Positions 28,589-32,000 of a stretch of 32,000 nt of DNA are shown here, one piece after another. The DNA lies in NCBI RefSeq assembly GCF_052908155.1, contig NZ_CM128601.1, one strand, 5' to 3'. The translations under genes were made by a program, and so were the position numbers. The notes below the pieces were generated by a model. The model was not told the origin of the DNA. It did not search any database and was given only the letters and a program-made list of their open reading frames with translations. The stretch's first letter is position 1, and the number at the start of each line of letters is the position of its first letter.

Positions 28589-29392
28589 ATGAAAAGCGTA
28601 CTTGCAGCAGCGGCTATGTCGCTTGTTATTTCTGATTTTGCCAATGCTGAGGAAACAAGAGGTAAAGCTATGATGAAAATAGAACCGTCAGCGATTTCGG
28701 AAGCTGATATTCGTTCCGTCTCACCGGCTCTCGCGCGCTTTGGTCGCGAAGCTATTACTGAAGATCTGTGGACACGCGACGCCCTCTCACCGAGGGATCG
28801 TAGTGTGGTGACCGTCGCCATGCTGATTGCCCGCAACCAGCCTGCCGAGCTTAAGCACTATATTGACGTCGCTCTCGATAGCGGCGTGACGCCAGCGGAA
28901 TTATCAGAAATCATTACCCATCTGGCGTTCTACTCAGGTTGGCCAAATGCAATGTCAGCCGTCAGCGTGACCAAAGCAGTATTTGAAACTCGTGGCGTCA
29001 CGCCAGATGCGCTTCCTGACGCTTCTCCGGACCTGCTTCCTCTCAATCAGGAAGCAGAAAAGCAGCGTTCAGAGACAGTGGAAAAAAATGTTGGCCGAAT
29101 ATCTCCAGGCTTGGTTAAATTTACTGCTGACCCACTGTTCCTGGATCTCTGGCAAAGACCCGCGCTAACCCCCCGTGATAGAAGCCTAATTACGGTCAGC
29201 GCGTTAATCGCATCTGGACAGAGCGCGCAGATTGGCTATCACCTTAACAGAGCGATGGATAATGGACTTTCTGTTGAGGAAGCTGGTGAGATCGTTACCC
29301 AGGCCGTCTTCTATGCTGGCTGGCCAAACGCATTTACCGCTGCTCCGGTTGTGGGAGAGGTGCTAAACAATCGATCATCGAGTAAAAGGTAA
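28589..29392 (+). CDS. tandem carboxymuconolactone-decarboxylase (CMD) family protein, possible signal peptide (267 aa)
   Basis: It has two repeats with the PRDRS..T.A.LIA and FY.GWPNA motifs. The N-terminus is MKSVLAAAAMSLVISDFANA. Confidence 0.7.
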   Translation: MKSVLAAAAMSLVISDFANAEETRGKAMMKIEPSAISEADIRSVSPALARFGREAITEDLWTRDALSPRDRSVVTVAMLIARNQPAELKHYIDVALDSGVTPAELSEIITHLAFYSGWPNAMSAVSVTKAVFETRGVTPDALPDASPDLLPLNQEAEKQRSETVEKNVGRISPGLVKFTADPLFLDLWQRPALTPRDRSLITVSALIASGQSAQIGYHLNRAMDNGLSVEEAGEIVTQAVFYAGWPNAFTAAPVVGEVLNNRSSSKR

Positions 29393-29491
29393 CATTACTG
29401 AACACTAAAACCTGACGCACATCACAAAATTAGAACGATCAGTTCATGAACCAACAGACGTGACATCGAGTGATTTATGGACAGCGTTTAA

Positions 29492-29526
29492 CACAGTTAT
29501 GAACCAAAACTGAGTTCATAACTGTG
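29492..29526. repeat. perfect 13-bp inverted repeat (hairpin) in a non-coding stretch
   Basis: CACAGTTATGAAC (29492-29504) / GTTCATAACTGTG (29514-29526) with a 9-nt loop. A related palindrome GTTCATGAAC lies at 29442-29451. Confidence 0.6.
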
Positions 29527-29777
29527 AGTTTGAATCGCCATTTGATTAATATCCATTTAAAACAGTTTGTTATGCTGTTTCTGGTGCTGAAGTCAATTAT
29601 GTATATCCCTCAAACCCAGAATAGTTAAATGGAATTTGAGTGATGCGAAGCGATTTTCCAGTCGTCGTTATTACTTCAGGGTTCCAGAACATAAAGCCTC
29701 TCCTCTTTCATGATTGGCCTGTGCATACCGGATATAGGCTGGCAGGTTTGCCGTTTGCCGCATCTTCCCTGCGTTGA

Positions 29778-30053
29778 AGAGTCAGGCTGGCAAACCGCGT
29801 GCAAATGAACACCCCCACTTTCCATCAACACTTCAGACAGCTTGCGGGAATGAGTCCACTCCGGTATCAGAAATGGCTACGCCTCAATGAAGCCAGGCGA
29901 CTGATGCTGAATGAACATTACGATGTCACCACTGCAGCCTATGCTGTCGGTTACGAAAGCTTATCCCATTTCAGTCGGGAATATTCGCGGATGTTTGGAG
30001 AGTCACCTAAGAGAGATATTACCGGGTTAAGAAAGTCTGTCGGTCAGCTTTAA
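29778..30053 (+). pseudogene. yneL: C-terminal remnant of an AraC-family regulator (yneL-like)
   Basis: Only the last HTH region is present (LANRVQMNTPTFHQHFRQLAGMSPLRYQKWLRLNEARRLM...GYESLSHFSREYSRMFGESP). An in-frame TGA lies at 29775 and no N-terminal domain is found upstream. Confidence 0.7.
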
Positions 30054-30486
30054 TAAACCCTGCACTTATCTGTTTAGAGCAATTCCGTGTTAGTTACACC
30101 AGGCAAACATTAACCATGGCTAATGTTTTATAGCCATATAAACCATTGGCCGCTCTTGACCTTTCCTGACACTTCCCTTGTTCGCAATAATATTCTGTTT
30201 AGTCGCTGTTTATAAATAACATGCATAATGAAATCGTAATGTTATTTAGCGACATAAAATGTCTTTGCAAATACTCTCTACAACAAGTGCTGCAATAAAC
30301 TTGTTGTGATTAGGTGTCCTTGTAATTTAAAGATATTATCGTTCTTCGTGAAATGTAATAACCCTGGAAACTATATTCTCAGGGCAATATCCCATCAAGA
30401 ATGATTCTTGTTTTATAAGCAATAACAGAATGACTTAATTGTTAACTTTCTTTATTCAGCTACTTAAATATAAATTTTGGAGAATT

Positions 30487-31050
30487 ATGAAACTCAAACA
30501 TGTCGGTATGATTGTCGTTTCTGTGTTGGCGATGTCGTCTGCTGCGGTAAGCGCAGCCGAGGGTGATGAATCAGTAACGACCACTGTTAATGGCGGTGTT
30601 ATTCATTTTAAAGGTGAAGTGGTAAATGCCGCTTGTGCGATTGATTCAGAATCAATGAACCAAACGGTTGAGCTGGGTCAGGTCCGTTCTTCTCGTCTGG
30701 CTAAAGCGGGTGACCTCAGCTCCGCCGTTGGCTTCAATATCAAGCTGAATGATTGTGATACCAATGTTTCCAGTAATGCAGCTGTTGCATTCCTGGGTAC
30801 TACTGTCACCAGTAATGACGATACGTTAGCGCTGCAGAGTTCAGCGGCAGGCTCTGCCCAAAATGTCGGTATTCAAATTTTGGACCGTACGGGTGAGGTA
30901 TTAATACTTGATGGTGCCACTTTTAGTGCTAAAACTGACTTGATTGATGGCACGAATATATTGCCGTTCCAGGCTCGATATATTGCTCTCGGGCAGTCAG
31001 TAGCTGGTACTGCAAACGCTGATGCGACCTTCAAAGTTCAATATCTATAA
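30487..31050 (+). CDS. type 1-like fimbrial major subunit (187 aa) of a chaperone-usher operon (F9/Yde/Fml-type locus by position)
   Basis: GGAG at 30479-30482 precedes ATG 30487. It has a signal peptide, a conserved Cys pair and a C-terminal ...ATFKVQYL. An AT-rich upstream region lies before it and a chaperone gene after it. Confidence 0.8.
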   Translation: MKLKHVGMIVVSVLAMSSAAVSAAEGDESVTTTVNGGVIHFKGEVVNAACAIDSESMNQTVELGQVRSSRLAKAGDLSSAVGFNIKLNDCDTNVSSNAAVAFLGTTVTSNDDTLALQSSAAGSAQNVGIQILDRTGEVLILDGATFSAKTDLIDGTNILPFQARYIALGQSVAGTANADATFKVQYL

Positions 31051-31091
31051 TTCAATCTTAAGGTGGCTATACGTCATCTGAAATTGAAACA

Positions 31092-31120
31092 GGGTGTGTG
31101 TGGCATGGCTACGCACACCC
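31092..31120 (+). terminator. hairpin after the major subunit gene (possible attenuator/stabiliser)
   Basis: GGGTGTG (31092-31098) / CACACCC (31114-31120). No U-tract follows. Confidence 0.35.
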
Positions 31121-31412
31121 GAGCAATTCACCAATGTTCATCTCATTATTAATGAGGAATAGTTTGTGTTTTGGAGCGGTATGAAAAAATCACATAATAT
31201 CTAAACGATCAATAAACAACAGTAGTTAAACTTACTGTTATTTAAAATATTTACTTTGTAGCAAGGTTTTCCTATTAAAAGAGAACCAACATTTATTACA
31301 AACGCATTAAGTCTGGAAACCCGGCGAGTCGCCAATGTATTAGCAACATTTACCGATTGTCTGATGTAACGGTTTCCCCGCTTATCCTCTTAACACATGG
31401 AGAATGCATCAG

Positions 31413-32000
31413 ATGCAAACTGCGCGTACCCCCTACTCTATTTCCTTTATGGCGACAGTGTTACTTTTATTGCTCTTTGCTTGCCATAGCACCGTTGCCA
31501 ACGCAGCTGTCGCACTGGGTGCGACGCGGGTAATTTATCCGGCAAACCAGAAACAGGTTTTATTGCCTGTCACGAATAATGATCCTGCCAGTGTCTATCT
31601 CATTCAGTCATGGATAGAAAATGCAGGTGACCAAAAAGACACCCAGTTTGTCATTACCCCACCGCTTTTTTCCATGCAAGGTAAAAAAGAGAATACGCTG
31701 CGGATAATCAACGCCACTAATCATCAGTTACCAGGCGACCGTGAAAGCCTGTTCTGGGTTAATGTTAAAGCTATTCCTGCTATGGAAAAAGATCAGAAGA
31801 ATGAGAATACATTACAGCTGGCAATTATTAGCCGCATAAAAATGTTTTATCGCCCCACGAACCTGGCAATGGCACCTGAAGAAGCGCCTGCAATGCTTCG
31901 GTTTCGTCGCAGCGGCAGCAAACTCACTCTTATTAATCCAACGCCCTACTTCATTACCGTAACAAATATGAAAGCAGGAAATAGCAATCTCCCAAACACC
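31413..32000 (+). CDS. PapD-like periplasmic fimbrial chaperone, 5' part (runs off the window)
   Basis: This ORF is not in the track because it has no stop in the window. My manual translation is MQTARTPYSISFMATVLLLLLFACHSTVANAAVALGATRVIYPANQKQVLLPVTNNDPASVYLIQSWIEN...LFWVNVKAIPA..., a typical chaperone signature. Confidence 0.8.
   Translation, partial: MQTARTPYSISFMATVLLLLLFACHSTVANAAVALGATRVIYPANQKQVLLPVTNNDPASVYLIQSWIENAGDQKDTQFVITPPLFSMQGKKENTLRIINATNHQLPGDRESLFWVNVKAIPAMEKDQKNENTLQLAIISRIKMFYRPTNLAMAPEEAPAMLRFRRSGSKLTLINPTPYFITVTNMKAGNSNLPNT

Noticed and set aside
28468-28836. A 122-aa minus-strand ORF spanning the ABM/CMD gene junction
   Set aside because: It is antisense to two genes with clear internally duplicated domain structure.

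Overview
This window looks like an E. coli-type chromosomal terminus region, reverse-complemented relative to K-12. From left to right it contains:

- the 3' end of lsrK;
- a large AIDA-I/Ag43-type autotransporter (yneO-like) whose signal-peptide exon is out of frame;
- the hipBA toxin-antitoxin locus with its four operators;
- two tandem filamentous-phage (inovirus) elements inserted at the chromosomal dif site;
- an intact 28-bp dif at 19863..19890;
- a ~10 kb LysR-associated redox/detoxification island, of which three genes are dead (one frameshift, one IS100 insertion with a 5-bp target duplication, one internal deletion);
- a truncated AraC-family remnant (yneL-like);
- the start of a chaperone-usher fimbrial operon (major subunit plus a 5'-partial chaperone).

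The two phage elements are a 3010-bp defective or satellite-like element (E1, ~8440..11449) and a complete 8.4-kb prophage (E2, 11450..19862). E2 encodes Rep, a putative ssDNA-binding protein, coat proteins, and pIII-, pVI-, pI/Zot- and pIV-secretin-like proteins.

The most interesting signal is the dif array. A 93-bp forked-hairpin attP made of two inverted dif-like sites occurs twice, exactly 3010 bp apart. A single-base polymorphism in the XerC arm (G versus A) records the order and mechanism of integration, which fits CTX-type ssDNA integration by XerC strand exchange. E1 and E2 share the attP and a 93%-identical 71-aa ribbon-helix-helix (RHH) regulator. They carry unrelated Rep families, and E1 has lost all of its morphogenesis genes.

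Every call comes from reading the sequence and ORF translations by eye. No database search was possible.
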